From assembly GCA_947567695.1 (NCBI GenBank), contig CANONT010000001.1, positions 9,416-73,415 on the forward strand: a stretch of 64,000 bases of DNA, read 5' to 3'. Both the position numbers and the translations under genes were made by a program. Below are positions 31,915 through 41,617 of the stretch, in pieces; the first letter of the stretch is position 1, and the number at the start of each line of letters is the position of its first letter. The DNA comes from an uncultured Clostridium sp. GTDB lineage: Bacteria > Bacillota > Clostridia > TANB77 > CAG-508. The notes beneath the pieces were generated by a model. That model searched no databases, was not told the DNA's origin, and saw only the letters and a program-made list of their open reading frames with translations.

Positions 31915-32169
31915 ATGGAAATTAAAGATTTAGAAAAAGAAATTGAACAAATTAAGCAAAGAAATCAGAAGGTAGAATTAGACAAAAAATGGGAAACAAG
32001 TGGAACGAGAAAAATATGTATCTGTGTATTAACTTATATTGTAGTCATTATATATTCGTATTTAATCAATAAAATCAATAATATATTTTTAAGTTCTTTA
32101 GTGCCAGTTATTGGTTTTACGTTATCTACCATATCATTGAATTTTATTAGAAAAATATGGGAGAAATAG
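31915..32169 (+). CDS. Small membrane protein (84 aa)
   Basis: RBS GGAGAG lies upstream of the ATG at 31915. It has a charged N-terminus followed by two TM helices. Confidence 0.4.
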   Translation: MEIKDLEKEIEQIKQRNQKVELDKKWETSGTRKICICVLTYIVVIIYSYLINKINNIFLSSLVPVIGFTLSTISLNFIRKIWEK

Positions 32170-32184
32170 GAAGGAGAACAGAAG

Positions 32185-32541
32185 ATGACGAACTACTTAA
32201 AAAAATTGCCGAGTGAGCCAAGTTTTAAGAATAAGGATTTTTTTGAAGGATATATTCTAAATAGCAAGAATCCAGAAATTGAAATGGATTATATCAATAT
32301 GTTTAAAGGACATGAATATTATCAATTAGAGACGGAAAGTATACATTTATTTTATATATTAGAAGGAGAAGGAATTGCATCTATTAGTGGAAAGAGATTT
32401 AATATGGGAAAAGGAGATATAATAGAAATTCCAGTTAATACAGAGTATGCTTTTGCAGGAAAATTTAAAATGATAGAAATTATGCAACCAGCCTTTAATG
32501 CTAAAACACATAGAGATACCAAGTTAAATGATTTAATTTAG
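32185..32541 (+). CDS. Cupin-domain protein
   Basis: It is a small beta-barrel-type sequence (LFYILEGEG....GKRFNMGKGDIIEIP). Confidence 0.55.
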   Translation: MTNYLKKLPSEPSFKNKDFFEGYILNSKNPEIEMDYINMFKGHEYYQLETESIHLFYILEGEGIASISGKRFNMGKGDIIEIPVNTEYAFAGKFKMIEIMQPAFNAKTHRDTKLNDLI

Positions 32542-32619
32542 AAAAATTTATAGGAGGGTTTATTTTATGTTTAATATGAATTTAGTTGAAATTATTGAAA
32601 ATGGGTAAGGAGGCAAAAG

Positions 32620-33147
32620 ATGAAAGTATATTTAGTAAGACATGGACAAACTGATACGAATATAAGTAATTTGTATAACTTTAGAGGAGAGGACATCAAC
32701 CAAAAAGGAATACAACAGGCAGAAGAACTTAAGGAAAAAATTAAAAAAATGGAATTTGATATTATTTATTGTTCGCCATTATTAAGAGCTAGACACACAG
32801 CAGACATCATAAATTCAAAAAATAAGGAAATTATAGTTGATAACAGATTAGAAGAAAGAAAACATGGAAACCTTGAAGGAAAACCAATTGAATGTACCAA
32901 TCGTGAAATCTACTGGAGTTATCCTACCCATATTAGATATGGGACAGAAGAAACCGTTCAGAATTTATTTGAAAGAGTCAATGATTTTCTAAATGAATTG
33001 AAAAGCAAGGATTATAATAGCGTATTAGTCGTTGCCCACAAGGGAATTTCTAGGGCATTTCATGCGTATTTTGATGGCATTCCAGAAGATGGTAAACTTT
33101 TGCAGCTGGGACTAGAAAATGCAGAGATAAAAGAATATGAATTATAG
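32620..33147 (+). CDS. Histidine phosphatase family protein (PGAM/CobC-like)
   Basis: The RHG motif (LVRHGQTDTN) and a distal His (VVAHKG) are present. Confidence 0.8.
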   Translation: MKVYLVRHGQTDTNISNLYNFRGEDINQKGIQQAEELKEKIKKMEFDIIYCSPLLRARHTADIINSKNKEIIVDNRLEERKHGNLEGKPIECTNREIYWSYPTHIRYGTEETVQNLFERVNDFLNELKSKDYNSVLVVAHKGISRAFHAYFDGIPEDGKLLQLGLENAEIKEYEL

Positions 33148-33224
33148 TGTATTGAATAGAATAAGCAAAAACTGATAACTAGAATTTAAGAGAATTGAAA
33201 TTCACAGATAAGGGGTAATTGAAA

Positions 33225-34322
33225 ATGAATCAAAACGAAATCACAAGACCAACAGTAATGGAAATTAACATTGACAATTTTAAGTATAACATAGAACAAA
33301 TTAGAAAAAAAATAGCTCCTAATACCACCATTATGCCAATTATCAAAGCTAATGCGTATGGAACCTATTTAAATACAAGACTAGACGTTATCGATGAATT
33401 TGAAATAGTAGGCTTAGCAACAGTAGATGAAGGAGCCCAAATAAGAAGTATTGGCTATAAAAAAGATATTTTTATCTTAAATCAACCAGCCATTAGTGAA
33501 ATAGATAAAATCATAAAAAATGACTTAGTAATTGGGTTGTCATCAGACTATTTTCTAAAAGAAGTACAAAAACAAGATAAACCAATAAGAGTTCATCTTG
33601 AGATAGAAACAGGAATGGGAAGAACTGGGCTATCACTGGAACAGCTACCAAATTTTTTAGAAGGAATACAGAGAACAGACAACATAAGAATAGAAGGAAT
33701 TTACACCCATTTGTCGTCACCAGACAGTGATTCCCAATATACCAAACAACAATTAGAAATTTTCGAAAAAGCAGTACAAATCATAACAGAACAAGTAAAA
33801 GAGATTAAATATATTCATACATCTGCTTCTAATGCAATTATCAATCAGCCAAACGTACCATACAATTTAATTAGACCTGGTATGATTTTGTATGGCTATG
33901 AATCAGGAGAAGGAATACAAAAAAAGATAGCATTAAAACCAGTGGCAAAATTAAAATCAAAGATAACTTTTTTAAAAACCGTAAAAGAGGGGACTAGCAT
34001 TAGTTATGGGAGAAGCTTTACGACTGAAAAAGAAAGCAAGATAGCCACGATCCCAATTGGATATGCAGATGGTTTTCGCCGAACATTATCTAACAATTGG
34101 TATGTGGTTATTCGTGGACACAAGGTTCCTATTGTTGGTAAAGTTTGTATGGATAGCTTTATGGCAGATGTAACCAATTTGGGCGAAGTAGAAGTGGGAG
34201 ATGATGTGTGGATTTGGGATAATGACTTAATTAGTTTAGATGAAATAGCTGATAGATGTAATACGATTAATTATGAAATTATTAGCACGATTTCTGCTAG
34301 GGTTCCAAGACAATTCATATGA
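33225..34322 (+). CDS. alr: Alanine racemase
   Basis: The PLP-lysine region is MPIIKANAYG. The C-terminal region IGYADGFRR and KVCMD are present. Confidence 0.9.
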   Translation: MNQNEITRPTVMEINIDNFKYNIEQIRKKIAPNTTIMPIIKANAYGTYLNTRLDVIDEFEIVGLATVDEGAQIRSIGYKKDIFILNQPAISEIDKIIKNDLVIGLSSDYFLKEVQKQDKPIRVHLEIETGMGRTGLSLEQLPNFLEGIQRTDNIRIEGIYTHLSSPDSDSQYTKQQLEIFEKAVQIITEQVKEIKYIHTSASNAIINQPNVPYNLIRPGMILYGYESGEGIQKKIALKPVAKLKSKITFLKTVKEGTSISYGRSFTTEKESKIATIPIGYADGFRRTLSNNWYVVIRGHKVPIVGKVCMDSFMADVTNLGEVEVGDDVWIWDNDLISLDEIADRCNTINYEIISTISARVPRQFI

Positions 34323-34439
34323 GACAATGGGGACAGGTATAAAGTCCTATAAAAAAATGCCAAGTATAATATTTCACTATTTACTTGACATTTTTTGACT
34401 TATTTTATGAGACAAATGAGACCTGTCCCTCTTGTCTCA
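34320..34439. repeat. Composite GGGACAG element. TGAGACAATGGGGACAGGT and ACCTGTCCCTCTTGTCTCA arms enclose about 80 nt.
   Basis: It lies between convergent alr and the SPFH gene. Both stop codons (TGA at 34320-34322 on +, 34437-34439 on -) are the TGA of a TGAGACAA arm. Confidence 0.75.
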
Positions 34440-35339
34440 TTTTTTGTTATCTGTTACAATTTCTTTCATAGCACCTAAGGAACTTAAAGCATTAGTTGCT
34501 TCAAAAGGAATAAATACTTTATTAGCATCTCCCTTAGCAACTTCTTCTAAAGCTTCTAAAGATTTTAATTGAACTAGGGTGTCATTTGGATCTGCTTTTT
34601 TCATAGCATCATATACCATTTGGATTTCTTTTGCCTTTGCATCAGCTACTTCTTTAATGGCTTGTGCTTCACCGGCAGCTCTTCTAATTCGTGCTTCTTT
34701 GTCAGCTTCTGCTTCTAAGATAGCAGCTTGCTTTTTACCCTCGGCAATGGTAATGGCTGATTGTCTTTGTGCTTCTGATTCTAGAATTAAAGCTCTTTTA
34801 TTTCTTTCTGCATTCATTTCTTTTTCCATGGCATCTCTAATATCAGCAGGTGGTGTAATATCTTTGATTTCTACTCGGTCGATTTTACAGCCCCATCTAT
34901 CTGTTGCTTCATCTAAAACAACTCTTAATTGGTTATTAATGCCATCTCTTGAACTAAAGGTTTCATCCAAGTCCATTTTACCAATAATGTCACGAATGGT
35001 GGTAATAGCTAAGTATTCAATACCTTTCTTTAAACTTTGAATTTCATATACTGCTTTGGCAGGATCTGTTATTTGATAGAATACAACGGTATCTATTGTA
35101 ATGGTAACATTATCTTTTGTAATAACGCCTTGAGGTGGAATATCCATTGTTTGTTGTTTTAGGCTAACGACACTTCTTACATGATCAAAAAATGGAATAA
35201 TGATAGTAAGACCTGCATCTGCTACTTTGTAAAATTTACCTAATCTTTCAATAATGTACACCTCAGATTGTTTGACAATTTTGATTGACATAAATGCTAT
35301 TACTAGAATAATAACAAGTAAAACTAATAAAAACCACAT
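34437..35339 (-). CDS. SPFH/band-7 (stomatin-like) membrane protein
   Basis: It has an N-terminal TM helix and the SPFH core (EVYIIERLGKF...GL..I.PF.D). RBS AAGGAGG lies 8 nt before the ATG at 35339. Confidence 0.85.
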   Translation of the reverse strand: MWFLLVLLVIILVIAFMSIKIVKQSEVYIIERLGKFYKVADAGLTIIIPFFDHVRSVVSLKQQTMDIPPQGVITKDNVTITIDTVVFYQITDPAKAVYEIQSLKKGIEYLAITTIRDIIGKMDLDETFSSRDGINNQLRVVLDEATDRWGCKIDRVEIKDITPPADIRDAMEKEMNAERNKRALILESEAQRQSAITIAEGKKQAAILEAEADKEARIRRAAGEAQAIKEVADAKAKEIQMVYDAMKKADPNDTLVQLKSLEALEEVAKGDANKVFIPFEATNALSSLGAMKEIVTDNKK

Positions 35340-35384
35340 AGTTTTTTCCTCCTTATTCATTTTATATAAAATAGTCATCTTTGG

Positions 35385-35816
35385 TTATTTTTTAATGGGT
35401 GCAACAATTGCTTTTACACCTTTTATTTCTTTAATTTCTACTTCTGTACCTTGAGGAATGTTGATATCATCTAATCCAATTGCTGACCAGACTTCTCCGC
35501 CAACTTTTATTTGACCAAGTGCTTGAATGGAATCAATGTCTTTTGTTACGATTCCTGTTTTTCCAACGGTTGAATAGACATTGGTTTGAATGGCATTTTT
35601 ATTGTTGGCAAATTTTTTGACAAATGGTTTGGTTGCAAAAATTAAAATGGTCGATGATAGGACAAATACAGAAGTTTGAAGAATGATATTATCAGTGAAA
35701 AGACTAACAACCATAGCTAGTAAAGCTCCAATTGCAAACCAGAATATTAGAAATCCTGCTGTCATGATTTCAATGATTAAACAAATACCTGAAAGGATTA
35801 ACCAGATTTGCCACAT
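35385..35816 (-). CDS. NfeD-family membrane protein
   Basis: Two or three TM helices are followed by a C-terminal OB-like domain (GKTGIVTKDI...GQIKVGGEVWSA). It is the classic partner gene upstream of an SPFH gene. Confidence 0.8.
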   Translation of the reverse strand: MWQIWLILSGICLIIEIMTAGFLIFWFAIGALLAMVVSLFTDNIILQTSVFVLSSTILIFATKPFVKKFANNKNAIQTNVYSTVGKTGIVTKDIDSIQALGQIKVGGEVWSAIGLDDINIPQGTEVEIKEIKGVKAIVAPIKK

Positions 35817-35904
35817 GAAAAATTCCTCCTTTGAAATTAACTGTTACTATTATAGCATGAATTGGTAAAAAAGGAAATACTTTTATGTTAATTTTATAAC
35901 TTTC

Positions 35905-36156
35905 TAAAAACTATTTTGAGATATTAAATTATAGAAAGGAATATAGCAATAAGAAATTTGCGTCAATCGCTCGGGTCGTTCACTTTTCGCAGAAATTTTA
36001 AAGTGCTTTTTATGGCACCCTTCCACGACACACGTGAACTCTTTCCATAAAATTCACTTAAAAATTTCTAGCTCAAAGTTCCTACATTCGCTCATTCCTT
36101 AAATTTTTATTGCTATATTCCTTTGGTTTGAATTGCCTAACCTCTAAGTAGTTACA
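35905..36156 (-). mobile_element. MITE-like long-hairpin element, family A, copy 2 (inverted relative to copy 1)
   Basis: The reverse complement matches 13484-13712. The core is identical, and the terminal repeats carry a compensatory pair of substitutions. Confidence 0.75.
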
Positions 36157-36259
36157 CTTTCCAAAAAATGAATAAAACTAAAAAAAATGCACATAACAAT
36201 AAAAGAAATAGAATTTTGTGTTATACATAGAATTTAAAACTAGGAAAGAGAGGATTTTT

Positions 36260-36448
36260 ATGGAAGATAAAATAAAAAAACAAGAAAAAGAGCAACAAGT
36301 AGAATATGGTATTGCAGAAGTAGGGGAAGACGCTACTAAATATGGAGAATTTATATCTTCTTATTTTGCTTGGGTGTCTTTGCCAGAACAAAAAGAGAAG
36401 GTAGAAGAATTACAGGATATAACCAAAGAAAAAAATCACAAAAAATAA
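36260..36448 (+). CDS. Small hypothetical acidic protein (62 aa)
   Basis: There is an ATG with an upstream purine-rich RBS-like stretch. I have no homology evidence. Confidence 0.3.
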   Translation: MEDKIKKQEKEQQVEYGIAEVGEDATKYGEFISSYFAWVSLPEQKEKVEELQDITKEKNHKK

Positions 36449-36506
36449 CGAAAAACAAAGAAAAGATAAGAAAAGAAGATGAAAACAAAATAAGAAGAAA
36501 GAAAAA

Positions 36507-36523
36507 GGTCAAAGAAAGTCAAA
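36507..36523 (+). promoter_or_regulatory. CtsR operator (GGTCAAAGAAAGTCAAA)
   Basis: It matches the heptad direct-repeat CtsR box consensus (A/G)GTCAAA-N4-(A/G)GTCAAA. Confidence 0.75.
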
Positions 36524-36531
36524 AAAAGGTC

Positions 36532-36559
36532 TTGAAAAAGAAAGCAAAAGGTGTATAAT
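36532..36559 (+). promoter_or_regulatory. Sigma-A-like promoter of the ctsR operon (TTGAAA-16-TATAAT)
   Basis: The hexamers are bracketed by the two CtsR boxes. Confidence 0.6.
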
Positions 36560-36568
36560 TACATTATA

Positions 36569-36590
36569 AGTCAAAGAAAGTCAAAGTCAA
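36569..36590 (+). promoter_or_regulatory. CtsR operator (AGTCAAAGAAAGTCAAAGTCAA)
   Basis: This is a second CtsR box with an extra half-site, just downstream of the -10 hexamer. Confidence 0.75.
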
Positions 36591-36631
36591 TTTCAAATTT
36601 ATAAATAGAATAAAACTAAAAAAGATAGGAG

Positions 36632-37084
36632 ATGAGAAAAGTGAGAATGTCAGATATCATAGAAGAATTTATCAAGGAATTATTTGAGGAAGAAGATAGC
36701 ATCGAAATACAAAGAAATGAACTAGCCGAACAATTCAAATGTGTACCATCGCAAATCAACTATGTAATAGCAACTCGATTTAAGCCATCGCAAGGGTACT
36801 ATGTAGAAAGTAGAAGAGGTGGTGGAGGTCATATTACCATTAAAAAAGTAAACAACACAAAATCTGACTATATCATGCATATTATAAATAATATAGGAAG
36901 TGAAATAACATCAAATGAAGTAGACATATTAATTAGTGACTTTCTAACATATGACATCTTAGAAGCAAAAGAGGCGAAATTATTAAAAGTAGCAACGAGT
37001 GATAATGTTTTGCAATTAGATAAAGATACAAAAGATCAAGTAAGAGCAAGGATTTTCAAAAATATGCTACTAAATTTAAGTTAG
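36632..37084 (+). CDS. ctsR: Class III stress-gene repressor CtsR (true start possibly 36641 or 36647)
   Basis: The sequence is SDIIEEFIKELF....IEIQRNELAEQF.CVPSQINYVI.TRF....GY.VESRRGGGG.I.I. Confidence 0.9.
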   Translation: MRKVRMSDIIEEFIKELFEEEDSIEIQRNELAEQFKCVPSQINYVIATRFKPSQGYYVESRRGGGGHITIKKVNNTKSDYIMHIINNIGSEITSNEVDILISDFLTYDILEAKEAKLLKVATSDNVLQLDKDTKDQVRARIFKNMLLNLS

Positions 37085-37127
37085 CTGTTCGAGCGAAGAG
37101 AGTTACAGATAACTTATGCAATCGAAC
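37083..37127 (+). repeat. AGCTGTTCGAGCGAAG-GAGTTACAGATA repeat, copy 1 (hairpin GTTCGA...TCGAAC)
   Basis: 28 of 29 nt are identical to 61034-61062. It starts inside the ctsR stop codon. Confidence 0.7.
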
Positions 37128-37176
37128 AAAGTGAGAAGGTAAACATTAATGGAAAGGAAAAAAAGGAGGAATTAAA

Positions 37177-37752
37177 ATGTTATGTGATAATTGTGGAAAA
37201 AGAGAAGCCAATGTGAGATATTCAGAAAATATAAACGGAAGAAGGAAGGAATTAAATCTATGTGAAGAATGTAGTAAAAAGTTGGGGATTAATCATATGG
37301 ATTTTAGTATGCCAATTGACTTTTCTAGTTTTTTTGGAGACTTTTTGGAAGATTTTGCAACACCAGAATTCATGCCATTGTTCAATGAGATAAAAGCATT
37401 AAAATGCAACAATTGCGGTTCCACTTTTGAAGATATAGCAAATACTGGAAAATTAGGATGTGGTAACTGCTATGATGTTTTTGAGGAAAGACTGGATCCA
37501 ATTATTAAAAGAATACAAGGAGCCAATCGTCATGTAGGGAGAGTTGGAAAAGTAATTGATAGCAAAATTGATGAGAAAATAGCAAATCAATCTACTCCTA
37601 AAACGGAAAAAGGAAATCAGCCAAGAGAAAATAGAAAAGGCAATCAGTTAGAAAAATTGCAAGAACAGTTAAAACAAGCAATTAAGGAAGAAAAATATGA
37701 AGAGGCAGCCAAAATAAGGGATGCGATTAAAAAGATAGAAAAGGAAGATTAA
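37177..37752 (+). CDS. mcsA: McsA (UvrB/C-motif, zinc-finger activator of McsB)
   Basis: It has CDNCGKREANV...CEEC and CNNCG...CGNCY zinc fingers and a C-terminal UVR motif (EKYEEAAKIRD). Confidence 0.85.
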   Translation: MLCDNCGKREANVRYSENINGRRKELNLCEECSKKLGINHMDFSMPIDFSSFFGDFLEDFATPEFMPLFNEIKALKCNNCGSTFEDIANTGKLGCGNCYDVFEERLDPIIKRIQGANRHVGRVGKVIDSKIDEKIANQSTPKTEKGNQPRENRKGNQLEKLQEQLKQAIKEEKYEEAAKIRDAIKKIEKED

Positions 37753-37801
37753 AAAATTGCCAAAAAGGATCGTCCCTGTTGGCAATAAAGGAGGAATCAC
37801 T

Positions 37802-38818
37802 ATGAATTGGTATTTGCAAAGTAATGAGAATTCAGATGTGGCGAAAAGTACTAGAATTAGATTTGCTAGAAATCTGCATGATCTTAAGTTTACGCTAACG
37901 AAAAAAGAAGATATACAAGCTTTACAAAATAAAATAAAAGAAGGTTTGTACAACATGGGGTATGGCTTAAAGTTCTTTCGATTACAAGATATGGACGATA
38001 TTACGAAAATGAGTTTAGTGGAAAAAAATTTGATTAGTCCAGATTTTGTTTTAAAGAAAAATGAGACAGGTAGTATTTTAATTAATGATGAAGAAAATAT
38101 TTGTATTATGGTAGGAAATGAAGATCATTTGGAAATACAGGTATTTAGTTGTGGAATGGATTTGGAGAATACTTTGAATTTAGCGATTGAAGTTGATGAG
38201 AAAATAGGAGAGACATTTGGATATGCCATTAGTAAGAAGTATGGCTATTTGACAGCATGCCCGAACAATGTAGGAACTGGTTTAAGGGCTTCTGTTATGG
38301 TACATTTACCAGCTCTTTCGCAAACAAAGAATACGAAAAAAGTGCTAGAAGCGATTAATAGTTTTGGTATTAATATTAGAGGCGTATATGGTGAAAATAC
38401 AGAGAGTACAGGGGATATGTATCAAATTTCTAATAAACAGACTTTAGGAATTACAGAAAAAGAAATTGTACAAAATTTAAATGTGATTGTGGAAAAAATT
38501 ATTAAACAAGAAAGACAAGCAAGAAAAATTTTGGCAAAGGATGATATTGCTTTAGAGGATTTGATTTATCGAAGTTATGGAATTTTGAGTAATTGTAAAA
38601 AAATTTCTTCAGAGGAGACAAGAACATTGTTATCTCATATTAAGTTAGGTACGGATTTGGGGATTTTAAAGGAATTGACGGATTTAAAGGTACAAAAGTT
38701 GTACTTGTATACAAAGCCTGCTAATTTGCAGAAGTTTGTGGGTGAACAGTATGAACCAATTGAACGAGATATTAAGAGAGCAGAGGTGGTTCAGCAGATT
38801 TTGAAGGAAGAACCATAG
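37802..38818 (+). CDS. mcsB: Protein arginine kinase McsB
   Basis: It is a phosphagen-kinase-like domain (NEEDHLEIQ, CPNNVGTGLRASVM.HLP). RBS AAGGAGG precedes the ATG at 37802. Confidence 0.9.
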   Translation: MNWYLQSNENSDVAKSTRIRFARNLHDLKFTLTKKEDIQALQNKIKEGLYNMGYGLKFFRLQDMDDITKMSLVEKNLISPDFVLKKNETGSILINDEENICIMVGNEDHLEIQVFSCGMDLENTLNLAIEVDEKIGETFGYAISKKYGYLTACPNNVGTGLRASVMVHLPALSQTKNTKKVLEAINSFGINIRGVYGENTESTGDMYQISNKQTLGITEKEIVQNLNVIVEKIIKQERQARKILAKDDIALEDLIYRSYGILSNCKKISSEETRTLLSHIKLGTDLGILKELTDLKVQKLYLYTKPANLQKFVGEQYEPIERDIKRAEVVQQILKEEP

Positions 38819-38820
38819 TG

Positions 38821-39057
38821 AGCTGTTACAACTTCATAATGTGTTAGAAGTTCGCTTACGAAAATTGCAAAGCAATTTTCTATCATATAAAAAAGCCCCA
38901 CAAAGGGCAACTTATCACATATTGGTGGTTTAAATTATAGCAATGAAGGGTACTATTGTGTGATAATAGGATTTAAAAACCAAATCCTCTAATGCCATTT
39001 GTGGGGTGGAAGGTATGTGCCTTCCAGTGTTATGAATACATAGCAAAACGCTATGTA
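38821..39057 (+). repeat. Multi-hairpin repeat-rich spacer between mcsB and clpC
   Basis: It starts with AGCTGTT as at 37083 and 61034. Nested stems are GCCCCACAAA/TTTGTGGGG, CTTATCACA/TGTGATAA, AGGATTT/AAATCCT, GGAAGG/CCTTCC and ACATAGC/GCTATGT. Confidence 0.6.
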
Positions 39058-39122
39058 ACTATTATACAACAATTGACACCAAAAGTCAAATTTTTTATAA
39101 AAAGTAAAGGAGTGATTTTAAA

Positions 39123-41573
39123 ATGACATATAAATTTACCAATAGAGCTCAAAAGGCAATCGAATTAGCAAATGAAGTAGCCATAGAATTAGGTCATAAT
39201 TATATTGGAACAGAACATATTCTTTATGGCTTAACAAAAGAAGGAAGTGGAGTGGCTTCTAAAGTGTTAGGAAACCAAGAGGTAACACCAGATGAGGTAA
39301 TCGATAAAATTGTAGAATTAATTGGACAAGAGGAACCAATTACCGAAACATTAGGTTTTACGCCAAGAACCAAGAGAGTCATTGAAAATGCTTTTATCGA
39401 AGCAAGAAAATTAGGTTATAATTACATTGGAACAGAACATTTATTAATTGGCATTTTAAGAGAAGGAGATTGTATCGCAGCTAGAATCTTATTAGAATTA
39501 AATGTCAACATTCCAAGGTTATACAATGAAATTGTCAAAGTCATTAATGAAGGAGAGGATTTACAAGGAGAAGAAAGAGATGCAAATACAGAAAGAAAAA
39601 CAGGAAGCTATAACCAAACCACTACTTTAAATCAATTTGGAGAAGATTTAACCAAAAAAGCAACAGAAGGAAAGTTAGATCCTATTATAGGAAGAAAAGA
39701 AGAGATTGAAAGAGTGATTCAGATTTTATCCAGAAGAACCAAAAATAATCCTTGCTTAATTGGTGAACCAGGTGTTGGTAAAACAGCAGTGGTAGAAGGA
39801 TTAGCTCAAAAAATAGTAGCAGGCGATGTCCCAGAGATCCTAAAAGATAAAAGAGTGGTAAGTATGGACATTTCTGGTATGGTAGCAGGAGCAAAATATA
39901 GAGGTGATTTTGAGGAAAGGATTAAAAAAGCTTTAGCAGAAGTCAAAAAAGCAGGAGATGTTATTTTATTTATTGATGAAATGCATACCATTGTGGGAGC
40001 AGGGGCAGCAGAAGGAGCCATTGATGCTGCGAATATCTTAAAGCCTATGCTTGCCAGAGGAGAAATTCAATTAGTGGGAGCAACTACTTTAAATGAATAT
40101 CGAAAATATATTGAAAAAGATGCCGCTTTAGAAAGAAGATTTAGCCCTGTTAATGTCAATGAACCAAGTGAAAAAGATAGTATTCAAATATTAAAAGGAA
40201 TTCGAGATAAATATGAAGCACATCATGGCGTAAAAATTACAGATGAAGCCATTGAGGCAGCAGTGACAATGTCAGTTCGTTATATCAATGATAGATTTTT
40301 GCCAGACAAAGCGATTGATTTAATTGATGAGGCAGCATCGAAAGCAAAACTAAAGACATTTACAGAACCAGACAGTTTAAAGGAATTAGAAGAAAAAATA
40401 GAAGAGGCGAAAAAGGATAAAGAAGAAGCTGTTAGAACGCAAAAATTTGAAAAGGCAGCAACATTGAGAGACAAAGAAAAAGAATTGAAAGAAAAATATG
40501 AAAAAGAACAAAAGAAATGGAAAAACAAAAATACCAAACAAGTTACTGATATAGCAGAAGAGAACATAGCAGAGGTTATTAGCAATTGGACAGGAATACC
40601 AGCTAGTAAGATAACAGAAGATGAAAATGTCAGACTAAAAAATCTGGAAAAAAATCTACATGAAAGGGTAATCGGTCAAAATGAAGCAGTCGAAGCAGTA
40701 GCCAAAGCAATTCGTAGAGGAAGAGTTGGCTTAAAAGATCCCAAAAGACCAATTGGTTCGTTCCTATTTTTAGGACCAACAGGTGTGGGAAAAACGGAGT
40801 TATCCAAAGCGTTGGCAGAAAGTTTATTTGGTGATGAAAATGCCATGATAAGAGTTGATATGTCAGAGTTTATGGAACCACATTCTGTTTCAAAATTAAT
40901 TGGTTCACCTCCTGGTTATGTGGGATTTGATGAAGGTGGTCAATTAACAGAAAAAATAAGAAGAAACCCATATTCTGTTATTCTATTTGACGAAATTGAA
41001 AAAGCACACCCAGATGTGATGAATATGTTATTACAAATATTAGAGGATGGACGTTTAACCGATAGTCAAGGAAGAACAGTAAACTTTAAAAATACGGTTA
41101 TTATTATGACTTCTAATATTGGTGCTAGACTGATTACGGATAAAAAGGCATTAGGTTTTACGCAAGCAAGAAGTGCAGAAGAGGATGCCAAAAAGGAATA
41201 TGAAGAGACCAAAAGAGAAGTTATGGATACGTTAAAAAGAGAATTAAGACCAGAGTTTATTAATCGTATTGATGAAATTATTGTGTTCCATAAATTAACC
41301 GATACAGAGATTAGCGAGATTATTGATATTATGCTAAAAGAGGTAACGAATCGATTAGCGATACAGAAAATAAAGATTGAGCTAGAACCAGAAGTAAAAG
41401 AACTGATTGCTAGTAAAGGAATTGACAAAAATTTTGGTGCTAGACCGCTTAGAAGAACGATTCAAAGTGTACTAGAGGATAAATTGGCAGAAGAAATTTT
41501 AGATGGTAATTTGAAGAAAAATAAACTAGCTAAGATTGGGGTAAAAGAGGAAAAGGTTGTTGTGAAAAAATAG
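39123..41573 (+). CDS. clpC: ATP-dependent Clp protease ATP-binding subunit ClpC
   Basis: It has N-terminal Clp repeats, two AAA+ modules (GEPGVGKT and GPTGVGKT) and a UVR linker. Confidence 0.95.
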   Translation: MTYKFTNRAQKAIELANEVAIELGHNYIGTEHILYGLTKEGSGVASKVLGNQEVTPDEVIDKIVELIGQEEPITETLGFTPRTKRVIENAFIEARKLGYNYIGTEHLLIGILREGDCIAARILLELNVNIPRLYNEIVKVINEGEDLQGEERDANTERKTGSYNQTTTLNQFGEDLTKKATEGKLDPIIGRKEEIERVIQILSRRTKNNPCLIGEPGVGKTAVVEGLAQKIVAGDVPEILKDKRVVSMDISGMVAGAKYRGDFEERIKKALAEVKKAGDVILFIDEMHTIVGAGAAEGAIDAANILKPMLARGEIQLVGATTLNEYRKYIEKDAALERRFSPVNVNEPSEKDSIQILKGIRDKYEAHHGVKITDEAIEAAVTMSVRYINDRFLPDKAIDLIDEAASKAKLKTFTEPDSLKELEEKIEEAKKDKEEAVRTQKFEKAATLRDKEKELKEKYEKEQKKWKNKNTKQVTDIAEENIAEVISNWTGIPASKITEDENVRLKNLEKNLHERVIGQNEAVEAVAKAIRRGRVGLKDPKRPIGSFLFLGPTGVGKTELSKALAESLFGDENAMIRVDMSEFMEPHSVSKLIGSPPGYVGFDEGGQLTEKIRRNPYSVILFDEIEKAHPDVMNMLLQILEDGRLTDSQGRTVNFKNTVIIMTSNIGARLITDKKALGFTQARSAEEDAKKEYEETKREVMDTLKRELRPEFINRIDEIIVFHKLTDTEISEIIDIMLKEVTNRLAIQKIKIELEPEVKELIASKGIDKNFGARPLRRTIQSVLEDKLAEEILDGNLKKNKLAKIGVKEEKVVVKK

Positions 41574-41606
41574 GGAAGAAACTTAAAGTTTTTTCCCTAT
41601 TTTTTA
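41573..41606. terminator. Bidirectional terminator between clpC and lrgB
   Basis: GGGAAGAAAC/GTTTTTTCCC stem is flanked by a T-run. Confidence 0.6.
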
Positions 41607-41617
41607 AAAGTAAATAC

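Noticed and set aside
34340-34410. A promoter-like TTGACA...TATGAG inside the 34320-34439 composite repeat.
   Set aside because: The spacing and the -10 hexamer are poor, and the site lies between two convergent gene ends with nothing to transcribe.
36370-36558. A 62-aa Lys-rich ORF upstream of ctsR.
   Set aside because: It overlaps the CtsR operators and the promoter, is a product of an A-rich tract, and has no RBS.
37757-37801. An upstream start for mcsB at 37757, and the hairpin TTGCCAA...TTGGCAA as a member of the GGGACAG family.
   Set aside because: The ATG at 37802 has a perfect AAGGAGG RBS. The loop reads CAGGGACG on the other strand, so the motif order differs and membership is unconvincing.
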